A stretch of 64,000 nucleotides of DNA, from the NCBI GenBank assembly GCA_965219995.1, contig CBDCOX010000002.1, positions 672,001-736,000 on the forward strand, given 5' to 3'. Numbering within the stretch: position 1 is the stretch's first letter; each line of letters starts with the position of its first letter. This document shows positions 19,236 through 29,082 of the stretch, one piece after another. The DNA is from Candidatus Latescibacterota bacterium. Lineage in GTDB: Bacteria; Latescibacterota; UBA2968; GCA-2709665. The notes under the pieces were generated by a model. The model ran no database searches. It was not told where the DNA came from and worked only from the letters and a program-made list of their open reading frames with translations. A program made the position numbers and the translations under genes.

Positions 19236-19729
19236 CTGGCATGGACTCCTTGAGCGTGGTTGCCGGTCGGACGCCGGGTTGACCGGACCCGCCTCGTGTT
19301 TCCTGGTCACCGGCGGGACCGCGTACAATCTGCAATCCTGAAATATATACCGGAAGCATGTTCGTTGTCAACAAAAACAGTCCGAAACCCGGTGTCCGGC
19401 TGAAGACATCCGCCCCGCGGGCCCAACATCGGTACTGTCGCAGAAAAGCGCACTTTGCCCCTTCAAACCGGCGCTTTCGTGCGGGTTCCGCCCGGCTCGC
19501 GCGCGTGGTTTGGTCTTGATTTCGGGTTGCTGTATTGCTTATTTTCTACCCTGTTCATTGTGGATCGCCCTCAAGTCCGGAATCTGCCGGGGCGATTCAG
19601 ATTCGATGCCACGCGCGCTCCCCGAATGGCGCCCGCAAGCCGATCGCGCCCCATTTCCTGAGGCGGTGCCATCTGATCGTTCCGGCGCGGTCCCGCAAAG
19701 GATAGAAGCATGCTGGTGCTGGAGGGTTC

Positions 19730-21250
19730 ATGGAACTCGAACTGCTGATCGACTGGTTTCAGTCGGTGCTGCTGGTGCTCTATAGCGTGACACTCGGTCT
19801 GCTATTGGTCTTCAGCCTGCACCGCCACGTGATGGTACGCCTGTATTTCAAGAACCGGCGCAACCGGCCAGCCCCGGCCAGCCGGTTCGAGGATTTGCCG
19901 AGTGTGACGGTACAGCTTCCGGTTTACAACGAATTCTACGTGGTGGAGCGGCTGATCCGGGCTGTGGCCGATGTGGACTATCCACGGGATCGCCTGGAAA
20001 TCCAGGTCCTGGACGATTCGACGGATGAGACCACCGAGGTGGCGATGCGTTGTGTGGCGGAGCTGAAAGAGGCGGGACATAACATCGTCTGCCTGCATCG
20101 CACGAATCGCACAGGGTATAAGGCGGGCGCCCTTGCCGAAGGCCTTCGTGTTGCCAGCGGCGAATTCGTGGCTGTATTCGACGCTGATTTTCTTCCGCCC
20201 AGGGAATTCCTCAGAAAGACAATCCACTTCTTTACAGACGAGGGCGTCGGTCTGGTGCAGGCTCGGTGGGATCATCTGAACCGCGATTACTCTCTGTTGA
20301 CGCAGGTGCAGGCGATCTTTCTGGACGGGCATTTCATGATGGAGCACGGCGCCCGCAGCAGATCCGGACTGTTTTTCAACTTCAACGGCACCGCTGGCAT
20401 CTGGCGCCGGCAATGCATCGACGACGCGGGAGGATGGGAGAACGACACCCTGACCGAAGACCTCGATCTGAGCTATCGGGCGCAACTGGCCGGGTGGCGA
20501 TTTCTGTTTCTGGACGACGTGGCTGCGCCCGCCGAGTTGCCCGTGGAGATGAACGCCTGGAAGACCCAGCAGTTCCGCTGGTCCAAGGGCTCCACGCAGA
20601 CGGCACGCAAACTGGTTGGGCGTGTCCTGCGCGCAAGCCTGCCGTGGCGGGTGAAACTCGAGGCCCTGATCCATCTGAGCGGGAATTTCGCTTATCTGCT
20701 TATGGCCATGCTGGCGGCGCTGATCTTTCCGGCCGTGCTCGCCCGTCTGGATCTGGGTTGGTTCCGTGTCGTCTTCGTGGACCTGCCGCTTTTCGTCTCC
20801 GCAACGGGGGCGGTATCCCGGTTCTACATTTACTCGCAGAAGGAACTTTATCCGGACTGGATGAATCGAATCAAATACATGCCCTGTGTGCTGGCGGCCG
20901 GTATGGGTATTTCGTTCAATAATGCCCGGGCTGTGCTCGAGGCATTGGCGGGGCACCAGACGGAGTTTACCCGAACGCCGAAGTACCAGGTCGTGGACCG
21001 CCGGGACACCTGGCGCGGCAAGCGGTACGCCGTGCACAAGAATCTGCTTTCAGTCGTCGAACTCGCCGTGGGGTTGTATTTTCTTTGGGTGATCGGGTTT
21101 GCGATCGGCCATCGGATCTATTTCCCTGTCCCGTTTCTCGCGCTTTTCAGCCTGGGTTTCTTCTACGTAGGATGGATGTCGCTGTTTCAGGGGCGCTTTC
21201 AACGCCTCCGGGCCGCGTTTTCCAGAACGGAGGCGCCCGCGGCGGACTGA
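19730..21250 (+). CDS. Processive GT2 glycosyltransferase (cellulose synthase-like, CslA-type)
   Basis: QLPVYNE, DDSTD, YKAGAL, FDADF, LTEDLDLS, QQFRWSKG (D,D,D,QxxRW); N- and C-terminal TM helices. Confidence 0.92.
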   Translation: MELELLIDWFQSVLLVLYSVTLGLLLVFSLHRHVMVRLYFKNRRNRPAPASRFEDLPSVTVQLPVYNEFYVVERLIRAVADVDYPRDRLEIQVLDDSTDETTEVAMRCVAELKEAGHNIVCLHRTNRTGYKAGALAEGLRVASGEFVAVFDADFLPPREFLRKTIHFFTDEGVGLVQARWDHLNRDYSLLTQVQAIFLDGHFMMEHGARSRSGLFFNFNGTAGIWRRQCIDDAGGWENDTLTEDLDLSYRAQLAGWRFLFLDDVAAPAELPVEMNAWKTQQFRWSKGSTQTARKLVGRVLRASLPWRVKLEALIHLSGNFAYLLMAMLAALIFPAVLARLDLGWFRVVFVDLPLFVSATGAVSRFYIYSQKELYPDWMNRIKYMPCVLAAGMGISFNNARAVLEALAGHQTEFTRTPKYQVVDRRDTWRGKRYAVHKNLLSVVELAVGLYFLWVIGFAIGHRIYFPVPFLALFSLGFFYVGWMSLFQGRFQRLRAAFSRTEAPAAD

Positions 21251-21298
21251 TACGACGTTCCACTATATTCATTAGTACGCAATCCTTCAATTCTTCAC

Positions 21299-22198
21299 GT
21301 GGTATTCTCTGTGATGGCGGGCATCGGACGCATTTTCGCCAATCGATATACGCTTGCCTACGGGACGGCACTGGTTGCGCATCTGCTGTTTTTCGTCTTC
21401 TACGCGCCCCTGCTGAGCCTCGTGCCGCAACCGCGGATCGACGTCTCCGCCCACGAGTCCAGGCCGATGACATTCGAATTCGTCGAACTGCACGATCCGG
21501 TACAGGACGATCGTCCGCCGGATGCGACGTCCTTGCGTTCCGACCGTGTCTCGCGGGCGAAGGACCTCCACGACCTGCCCCTGCCGCAATCGCACCTGCC
21601 CTATACAAACGGCCTGGTGCAATCGCCCTCGCAATCCCGACCCGACGTGGGACGCGACGGCGATGGCGGTGAGCGGGGCGAAACCGACGCCCGAAACCGG
21701 GCCGACCGGGAGGAAGCGGAGCCCAACGAGGCTTCTACGGATTTCGCGTCGCTGTTGAAGCCGCGAAGAACGTGGACCCCCCAGCAGCCGAAGAGCACGT
21801 TGTTCGGACGACCGGACCGGCCCGGCGTGCTGCCCATGAAAAACCTGCGGAGCCACGCCCTCGAGCAGGGAGGGCTGCAATTGAGCACGTATGACTGGGA
21901 ATTCGCGCCGTATCTGGCATACCTCAAACGCCACATCGGAGACCACATTCATCCGCCGGCCGCCTTCACGCAGCTGGGGCTCATCCAGGGCCGGACGCGA
22001 CTGAGATTCCGGATCATGCCGGACGGAAGCCTCGAGGGTCTTGAGGTCATCGCCTTCGACGGCAGCCCGTACCTGCGGGATACCAGCACGCGCGCGGTGG
22101 AACTTTCGGCGGATTTCCGGCCTCTGCCGGCCCACTTTCCGGACGACTATCTGGAGATAACCGGCCTGTTCCACTATCTGTTACTGGATTCCCGATAA
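21299..22198 (+). CDS. TonB-family energy transducer
   Basis: N-terminal TM with His (TALVAHLL), disordered linker, C-terminal FRIMPDGSL...FRPLP domain; adjacent to exbBD. Confidence 0.75.
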   Translation: MVFSVMAGIGRIFANRYTLAYGTALVAHLLFFVFYAPLLSLVPQPRIDVSAHESRPMTFEFVELHDPVQDDRPPDATSLRSDRVSRAKDLHDLPLPQSHLPYTNGLVQSPSQSRPDVGRDGDGGERGETDARNRADREEAEPNEASTDFASLLKPRRTWTPQQPKSTLFGRPDRPGVLPMKNLRSHALEQGGLQLSTYDWEFAPYLAYLKRHIGDHIHPPAAFTQLGLIQGRTRLRFRIMPDGSLEGLEVIAFDGSPYLRDTSTRAVELSADFRPLPAHFPDDYLEITGLFHYLLLDSR

Positions 22199-22215
22199 TA
22201 CCGGAGCACCCGCAT

Positions 22216-22842
22216 ATGGAATGGGAGTTGTTCGTGCAGGGGGGGCTGATGATGTATCCCCTCACGCTGTGTTCAATCCTTACGGTGGCAATCACCCTGG
22301 AGCGGGCGTTCAGTCTGCGGCGCCACAGGATCATCCGCGGGGAGATTGTCAGCGTCATCGAGAACATAAGCGGCCCCGAGGATATCGGCCTGGCGGTATC
22401 GGTGTGCAACCAGCACGAAGGGCCATTCGCTCAGGTTGTGCGGGCCGGCCTCAACAACCGTCACCTGCCTCCGGATGAGATCAGAGAAAGCATCGTGGAC
22501 CAGGGGCGCCAGGAAATGGGGAAACTTCAGAAGGGGATCGTCGTCCTCGAGACCGTCGCCAGCGTTTCTCCGCTGCTGGGGCTGCTGGGTACGGTTCTGG
22601 GGATGATCAAGGTCTTTCGCGAGATTTCGGAAGTGGGCATCGGGCAGGGCAATCTCCTCGCGGGTGGTATCGCCGAGGCGATCCTGACAACCGGCGCCGG
22701 TCTGTTCATTGCGATTCCGTCGCTGGTTTTCTTCAATTATTTCAGCAGCAAGGCCGAGAGTCTGGTCCTGGAAATTGAGAAATATTCCAACGCGCTGCTG
22801 AAAAAGTTGCGAGGCTTCAAGGTGCATGGGCCGGAGAATTAA
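22216..22842 (+). CDS. exbB: MotA/TolQ/ExbB proton channel
   Basis: GGLMMYPL, SPLLGLLGTVLGMI, GIAEAILTTGAGL. Confidence 0.92.
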   Translation: MEWELFVQGGLMMYPLTLCSILTVAITLERAFSLRRHRIIRGEIVSVIENISGPEDIGLAVSVCNQHEGPFAQVVRAGLNNRHLPPDEIRESIVDQGRQEMGKLQKGIVVLETVASVSPLLGLLGTVLGMIKVFREISEVGIGQGNLLAGGIAEAILTTGAGLFIAIPSLVFFNYFSSKAESLVLEIEKYSNALLKKLRGFKVHGPEN

Positions 22843-22854
22843 AGGGGTCGCGAT

Positions 22855-23268
22855 ATGCAGTTGTATCAGAAACCCAGGCGACGGCCGTTTATCAACATCA
22901 CGTCATTGATCGACGTTCTTTTCCTGCTACTGACCTTCTTCCTGGTGACCACGTCCTTCATCGAGCAGTCCGCGCTGAAGGTGGAGCTGCCGTCCATGGA
23001 AAACGTGGACCGGGTCCGGCAGCCGAAACGGTTCGTGCTGGATGTGGCTCAGGACGGTCGGATACACTACGACGGCGAGACGGTCGAGCGGGCCGCGCTG
23101 GGCGACCGGCTGAAGACGGCTTCGAACGAAATCAACGCCGCGGGCGGGCTTGTGTTGAGGGCCGATCGGGACCTCCCCCACGGCGAGGTGATGGGCGTTC
23201 TGGACATCATCCGAGGGGCCGGGATCAGGCGATTTGTGATTGCCACGGTGACGTCCGGACCCGGTTGA
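22855..23268 (+). CDS. exbD: ExbD/TolR biopolymer transport protein
   Basis: INITSLIDVLFLLLTFFLVT, VLRADRDLPHG. Confidence 0.92.
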   Translation: MQLYQKPRRRPFINITSLIDVLFLLLTFFLVTTSFIEQSALKVELPSMENVDRVRQPKRFVLDVAQDGRIHYDGETVERAALGDRLKTASNEINAAGGLVLRADRDLPHGEVMGVLDIIRGAGIRRFVIATVTSGPG

Positions 23269-23410
23269 AGACCTGCTCAATCCTGTCGTGCATTGCCTAT
23301 ATTGTCTAACCTTGATCGGAAGGTTTCGTCGCAGCGCACCGTTGCTGTTCTTGTCGGCTTGAGGCGAATTGATCGATTGCCTGCTCGTAAAATGTCCCGC
23401 GGGAGGATGT

Positions 23411-24736
23411 ATGTCCAGATTTCAACAGGTCGTCATTGTATGCACCATGGCGGTACTTTCGGGATGCGGGGACGGTGAAAGAGGACAGGCCCGCCGCGGC
23501 GAACAGCGCCGGGGCGCGGCCGTACCCGTGAGGGTGGAGCCGGTGAACCGTCGGGATATTTCGAATTACATCCTGGCCAATACGACGCTGGAGGCGTTTC
23601 AGTGGGTCGACGTGCGTTCCAGGACGTCCGGGCAGGTCGTGGAGATCCTCAGGGAAGAGGGTGATCGCGTTCGGGAGGGCACGGTGCTTGCGCGTCTGGA
23701 TTCGGAGGAACCGACGTTGCAGGTCAATCGTATGGAGGTGGCCTACCACGACGCGCGCCGGACCTTCGAGCGAGATGAAAAACTATTCAAGCGGGAACTC
23801 CTCAGCAAAGAACGGTATGAGAACTCCAGGGGGCAGATGGACCGCGCCCACACCGAACTGCAACAGGCGCGGCTGAATCTGAGCTATACGACCATCGCTT
23901 CACCACTCAATGGCACGCTGACCATTCGAAGCGCCGAGGTCGGAAACATGGTGACCGCGAATCAGGCGGTGTTTTCCGTGGCGGACTTCGACCCGCTGCT
24001 CGCCCGCATCCGGATACCGGAAAAGAACATGGGCAAAGTGGCGATCGGCCAGGGTGCGAAAGTCGCCGTGGAGTCCGCTCCGGGTCGGGTGTTTCGCGGC
24101 GTTGTGAAGATGATCAGTCCCGTCGTGGATCCGGAGAGCGGGACCATCAAGGTCACCATCCAGGTCCCTGGCGGCGGAAACGGAATCCTACGGCCGGGCA
24201 TGTTCGCATCGGTACACATCATCACCGAAGTACACAGGAACACACTGGTGATACCCAAGAAAGCGCTCGTCCACGACGGCGAGGGAAATCAGGTCTTCGT
24301 GTATGAACGGGAGGGCGACCAAGGCGCGGGAAAGGCGGTGCGCCGGAAGGTCGGCATGGGATTTGCCGACAATGAATACCTGGAGATTCTGAACGGCCTG
24401 TCAGAGGGAGAGCAGGTCATCACCGTCGGGCACGACGGCCTGCGTCCGGGCACGGCCGTGCGTCTGGTGGGCGAGGGGGTCCCGGAGGCGACGGGAGAGC
24501 GGACAGTTGGCGGTTCCTCGGGATGGGCAGGCGGCCAGCGGGGCGGCGGTGAGAACGGCCGGCTGAAGGCAATGAAGGAACGGTTGCTCGCCCGGTTTCC
24601 CGATCTGAAGAAGGCATATGACGAACGGCTCAAGAAGGACCCGGATCTCGCCACGAGCGGTGAAAAGTGGCGCGCGTTCGTGGGAGAGATGCGCCGCGCC
24701 GGGATACTGCCGGCCGGGGGCGGGAGACCACAATGA
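23411..24736 (+). CDS. RND efflux periplasmic adaptor (MFP), lipoprotein
   Basis: GGAGG RBS; lipobox LSGC; EEGDRVREG lipoyl halves, SPVVDPESGT, LRPGMFA, GLSEGEQV. Confidence 0.93.
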   Translation: MSRFQQVVIVCTMAVLSGCGDGERGQARRGEQRRGAAVPVRVEPVNRRDISNYILANTTLEAFQWVDVRSRTSGQVVEILREEGDRVREGTVLARLDSEEPTLQVNRMEVAYHDARRTFERDEKLFKRELLSKERYENSRGQMDRAHTELQQARLNLSYTTIASPLNGTLTIRSAEVGNMVTANQAVFSVADFDPLLARIRIPEKNMGKVAIGQGAKVAVESAPGRVFRGVVKMISPVVDPESGTIKVTIQVPGGGNGILRPGMFASVHIITEVHRNTLVIPKKALVHDGEGNQVFVYEREGDQGAGKAVRRKVGMGFADNEYLEILNGLSEGEQVITVGHDGLRPGTAVRLVGEGVPEATGERTVGGSSGWAGGQRGGGENGRLKAMKERLLARFPDLKKAYDERLKKDPDLATSGEKWRAFVGEMRRAGILPAGGGRPQ

Positions 24737-27700
24737 AGCTGATCGAGTTTTCCACCCGTCGCCGGGTTACCGTAACGATGTTTGTCGTCGCGGCCGTAAT
24801 TTTCGGCCTGGTGGCGTTTCGCCGGCTTGCGATCAATCTGCTTCCTGATATTACGTATCCCACGCTGACGGTCCGGACCGATTACGAAGGCACCGCGCCG
24901 GCGGAAATGGAACGCCTGGTGACGGAACCCGTAGAGGGTGCCGTAGGTGTGGTAACGAACGTCGTACGGGTGGGTTCAACGTCGCGCCCTGGCGTGTCCG
25001 AAGTGGTGGTGGAGTTCTCCTGGGGTACGGACATGGACTTCGCATCGCTGGACATCCGGGAAAAGCTGGACCGGTTGCAGCTTCCGCAGGGGGCGGAAAA
25101 ACCGGTCCTGCTGCGTTTCGACCCGTCGCTGGATCCGATTATGCGGATCGGGCTCTACGGACCGGAGAGTCTGGTCGCCCTTCGTCTGTTGGCCGAGGAA
25201 CATATCAAGCTGGATCTGGAAAGCCTCGAGGGCGTTGCCGCCGCCCGCGTGAACGGGGGCCTGGAAGAGGAGATACACATCGAGCTGGATGAACCCAGGC
25301 TGGCCTCTCTGCGCATCCCGGTACAACAGGTCGTCGCGCGCCTGGGACAGGAGAACGTGAATCTCACCGGCGGGCAGCTCAAGGACGGGGAAGCGGAGTA
25401 CGTGGTGCGCACGGTCAACGAATTTCGCTCGGTCGAGGAGATCCGGGACATCGTCGTGGGCGAACGGCAGGCCGCCGCCATCACCCTCTCAGACGTGGGC
25501 CGCGTATTCAGGGGACACAAGGAACGCAAGGTGATCAACCGGATGAACGGGCGCGAGAGCGTGGAGTTGGCCGTCTACAAGGAAGGCGACGCCAATACCG
25601 TGACCGTCGCCGGCCGGGTGACCGAGGCGTTGGCACGCTTTCGGGAAGAAACCGGCGCGTTGCCTTCCGGCGCGCGAATCGAGGTCGTTTTCAGCCAGGC
25701 CACGTTTATCAGGGCGTCTGTCGCGGAGGTGCTCAACACGGCAATTATGGGTGGCATCCTGGCAGTGGTGGTGTTGTACCTGTTTCTGGGCAATCCCCGA
25801 AGTACTGCGATCATCAGCCTTTCCATACCGATTTCCGTCGTCTCCACCTTTTTGCTGATGTTCAGCTCGGACGTCAGCCTGAATATCATGTCCCTGGGGG
25901 GGTTGGCGCTGGGCATCGGCATGCTGGTGGACAACTCCATCGTCGTGCTGGAAAGTATCCAGCGGTACCGCGAGCAAGGTCAATCGTCGCTGGAGGCGAC
26001 GGTAAAAGGGGCGGGCGAAGTTGGGAAGGCCGTTGTGGCTTCCACCCTGACCACGATCTGTGTCTTTGTGCCCATCGTCTTTGTCGAAGGGATCGCCGGT
26101 CAGCTGTTCCGCGACCAGGCGTTAACGGTCACGTTTTCCCTGGTGGCCTCGCTGCTGGTTGCGCTCACGCTCATTCCGATGCTCGCGTCAATCGACTTCA
26201 GCCGGAGGGAAGAGGAGCCCGGCGCGGAACGTCGGCGGCTGTTTCCACGCGAAGCCATCGGTCCGGCAGTGTGGATCGGCATTGTTCTGCGCGCCTGTCG
26301 GGCGCTTGCCAGAGTGGGGATCAGGCTGCTCTATCCGGTTTTCTGGCTTTTCGAACGGATCATGGGCGGCGCCTATCGGATCTACCCCCGGGTGATCGCC
26401 TGGGCACTGAGCCATCGCGCCGCCGTACTCCTCTTCGCGCTTGCGCTGGCCGGCATGTCCGGATTGCTGGCCGGATTCCTCGGAAGCGAGTTGATTCCGG
26501 AGATGAGCCAGGGTGAATTCAGCATCACCGTGACCATGCCGGTGGGTACCCCGCTGGCGGCGACCGAACGGATGATACGCGGCATGGAACGGATCGTTCA
26601 GGCCCAGCCGGAGGTGGCCCTGGTCTACAGTACCGTTGGCCTGAGCGGGTCGTCCGACGGGTCCGCCGGAGAGGAGCGCGAGAACGTCGGCCAGATTCAT
26701 GTGGCGCTGAAAGCGGGGATCATCCGGGATCGTGAAGACGCGGTGATGGATCGATTGAGGCAGGAATTCCGGGGCATGCCCTCCGCGGATTGCAAGTTCG
26801 CCCGCCCCTCGTTCTTCACGTCCAGGACACCCGTCGAGGTTGAGATTTCCGGATACAATCTCGGTACCTTGAGGTCACTGTCCGACGAACTGGCCCGCAG
26901 AATGGAGGACGTTCCGGGGCTCGTCGACGTGAAGACAAGCGCCGAGGGAGGCAATCCGGAAGTTCAGATCCGCTTTAATCGGAAGTGGGTGGCGCAGATG
27001 GGGACAAGCATCAATGAGATCGGACGGCTTGTCAGGAACAAGATCCAGGGAGAGGTGGCGACGGAGTTTGCCCAGGGCGACAGGAAGGTGGACATTCGCG
27101 TGCGTGCGGACGAACAGCACCGGGCCACGGTGGAAGATCTCAGACGCCTCATTGTGAGTCCGGCCGGCGCGTCGGCCCCCATCCCCCTTGAGGTGGTCGC
27201 GGACCTTTCGGTTGAGATGGGGCCCGCCGAGATCCTTCGGGCGGATCAGGAGCGCGTGGCGGTCATTTCCGCAAACCTTGAAGGCCGCAGCCTGAGCGAG
27301 GCGGTGGACGACATTGAAGCCGTGATAAGGGAAATTGACTATCCCCCCGACTATCATGTCAAGGTCGGCGGGCAGAACGAAGAGCGAAAGCGGTCGTTCG
27401 AGAGTATGCGCCTGGCCATACTGCTGGCGGTATTCCTGGTTTACCTGGTGATGGCTTCCCAGTTCGAGTCGCTGATCCATCCCTTTGTGATCATGTTTTC
27501 CATTCCCTTCGGCCTGGTGGGTGTGGTCTGGCTGCTGCTGGCAACCGGCCAGACGGTGAGCGTGGTGGTTTTGATCGGACTGATTATGCTGGCGGGAATC
27601 GTCGTGAACAACGCGATTGTGCTGATTGATTATATCAACACCCTGCGGCGGGAGCAAGGCATGGGGAAGCGGGAGGCGATCGAGCGCGCGTGCCAGGTCA

Positions 27701-27999
27701 GGCTGCGCCCCATTCTGATGACGACGTCCACGACGGTGTTGGGGCTGTTGCCCATGGCCATCGGCATCTTCGACTTCAGGCCGTTTGTGGCCAACGTGGA
27801 ATCCGGCCTTGCCGACGTATTGCCGGGTGGAGCCCTGGCGCAGATCATGGGCGCCCTGAACGTCGTGTTTCCGGTGGGGCAGGGCGCGGAAATCCGCGCG
27901 CCGATGGCAATTACCGTAATCGGCGGTCTGGTGGTTTCGACACTGGTGACGCTGGTACTGATTCCCACGCTCTATTCGCTTATCGACCGGAAAGCGTAG
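24733..27999 (+). CDS. RND efflux permease (AcrB/AcrD/AcrF family)
   Basis: Overlaps the MFP stop (ATGA); LLPDITYP, GMLVDNSIVVLE, SQFES, GIVVNNAI, RLRPILMTT. Confidence 0.95.
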   Translation: MKLIEFSTRRRVTVTMFVVAAVIFGLVAFRRLAINLLPDITYPTLTVRTDYEGTAPAEMERLVTEPVEGAVGVVTNVVRVGSTSRPGVSEVVVEFSWGTDMDFASLDIREKLDRLQLPQGAEKPVLLRFDPSLDPIMRIGLYGPESLVALRLLAEEHIKLDLESLEGVAAARVNGGLEEEIHIELDEPRLASLRIPVQQVVARLGQENVNLTGGQLKDGEAEYVVRTVNEFRSVEEIRDIVVGERQAAAITLSDVGRVFRGHKERKVINRMNGRESVELAVYKEGDANTVTVAGRVTEALARFREETGALPSGARIEVVFSQATFIRASVAEVLNTAIMGGILAVVVLYLFLGNPRSTAIISLSIPISVVSTFLLMFSSDVSLNIMSLGGLALGIGMLVDNSIVVLESIQRYREQGQSSLEATVKGAGEVGKAVVASTLTTICVFVPIVFVEGIAGQLFRDQALTVTFSLVASLLVALTLIPMLASIDFSRREEEPGAERRRLFPREAIGPAVWIGIVLRACRALARVGIRLLYPVFWLFERIMGGAYRIYPRVIAWALSHRAAVLLFALALAGMSGLLAGFLGSELIPEMSQGEFSITVTMPVGTPLAATERMIRGMERIVQAQPEVALVYSTVGLSGSSDGSAGEERENVGQIHVALKAGIIRDREDAVMDRLRQEFRGMPSADCKFARPSFFTSRTPVEVEISGYNLGTLRSLSDELARRMEDVPGLVDVKTSAEGGNPEVQIRFNRKWVAQMGTSINEIGRLVRNKIQGEVATEFAQGDRKVDIRVRADEQHRATVEDLRRLIVSPAGASAPIPLEVVADLSVEMGPAEILRADQERVAVISANLEGRSLSEAVDDIEAVIREIDYPPDYHVKVGGQNEERKRSFESMRLAILLAVFLVYLVMASQFESLIHPFVIMFSIPFGLVGVVWLLLATGQTVSVVVLIGLIMLAGIVVNNAIVLIDYINTLRREQGMGKREAIERACQVRLRPILMTTSTTVLGLLPMAIGIFDFRPFVANVESGLADVLPGGALAQIMGALNVVFPVGQGAEIRAPMAITVIGGLVVSTLVTLVLIPTLYSLIDRKA

Positions 28000-28011
28000 G
28001 TTCCGGATGTC

Positions 28012-28066
28012 GTGTTCCGTCCCGGTAACAGGTGATCGCCGGATGAGGTTTCTCAGGGGCGGGACG
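28012..28066. repeat. Short degenerate copy of the GTGT[TC]C[TC]GTCCCGG repeat family
   Basis: GTGTTCCGTCCCGGTAACAGGT (28012-28033) matches 63138-63159 at 20/22. Confidence 0.6.
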
Positions 28067-28088
28067 TTGTCGGCAGGTGGGAGAGGAA

Positions 28089-28859
28089 ATGGCGCCTCGT
28101 GCGGAAAGGGATTCGGAGGATGATGCCTACCGGGAGCGTGTACGGTCCAGTTCGCTGTCGGAGCTGGAGGACATGTACACGCACGTGGACAAGGGTGAAT
28201 ATCCGGATCGGGCGCGGAAACTTCGTGAGGAGATCGACAAACGACTGACGGTCCTGGAAGGCCGACCCGAACGGCCGACCCCGCACAGCCCGGTCCCGGC
28301 GGGCGTGATCCGGCGTCTCTGGGCGAGCCTGATCGATCTCTTCATTCATCTCCTGATACTGGGCGCATTGTTCCTCACAGGCTGGTCAGCGTCTCTGCTC
28401 GTGTCGGGACCGGGAACGGACGGGCAGTCGCCTGCCGCTGTCTCCGCGCGCCGCGGACCGACGCCGCTGCAAGGGTTCGTCTCCGGTCTGCTGGCTGGCG
28501 ACGCGGCGGCCTGGAAGAACGGCGAACAGTGGTCCCGTGTGGGTCTGGTTGCACTTCTTTTTTTCTTTCTCAAGGCGATGATGGTCGTCCCGGCGTGGGG
28601 GCGTTCCGGTGATACGCCCGGAATGAGAGAGGCGGGCATCCGAATCGTCCGCCGGACAGGCGAACCCGTGGGTGTGAAGCGGGCGCTGGCGCGATTCTTT
28701 GTACAGTACCCGCTGTTCTGGCTGACGCTGGGAATCAGCAGCCTTTGGATGATCCGGGACAGGAGGAAGCAGGCGCTTCACGACAAGCTGACGGACACGT
28801 GTGTGGTTCGGGAATACCGCACCTGGGAGAAGCGCAACGAAGACCGGGTCTACGATTAG
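28089..28859 (+). CDS. RDD family membrane protein
   Basis: AGVIRRLWASLID, TPGMR, RALARF, KQALHDKLTDTCVV. Confidence 0.88.
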   Translation: MAPRAERDSEDDAYRERVRSSSLSELEDMYTHVDKGEYPDRARKLREEIDKRLTVLEGRPERPTPHSPVPAGVIRRLWASLIDLFIHLLILGALFLTGWSASLLVSGPGTDGQSPAAVSARRGPTPLQGFVSGLLAGDAAAWKNGEQWSRVGLVALLFFFLKAMMVVPAWGRSGDTPGMREAGIRIVRRTGEPVGVKRALARFFVQYPLFWLTLGISSLWMIRDRRKQALHDKLTDTCVVREYRTWEKRNEDRVYD

Positions 28860-28884
28860 CCGAATACGGTCCCACGAATTCGGG

Positions 28885-28913
28885 TTGCCTTTCATCACCC
28901 GTTTTGTTATACT
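28885..28913 (+). promoter_or_regulatory. Sigma70-type promoter with extended -10
   Basis: TTGCCT-N17-TATACT preceded by TGn; predicted start at about 28919-28920. Confidence 0.6.
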
Positions 28914-28918
28914 GTGCC

Positions 28919-29082
28919 AGTGTTCTGTCCCGGAAATAAGTTGCCTGAATTCGGCCGTCGAGTCGCCCGGCTCGCAAGGCGCCAGAGCGCAGGCGACCTG
29001 GCCTGGTCGGCGAGCGAAGGCAACGCCGCGAGACGGGATGAATCGGCGGAAGAATGGTGAGGTATTTTTGGGACAGGACACT
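28919..29082. mobile_element. 164-bp MITE-like self-complementary element (alternatively a structured ncRNA)
   Basis: Terminal inverted repeats AGTGTTCTGTCCCGGAAATA / TATTTTTGGGACAGGACACT (17/20); nested internal stems; related end at 63176-63194. Confidence 0.65.
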
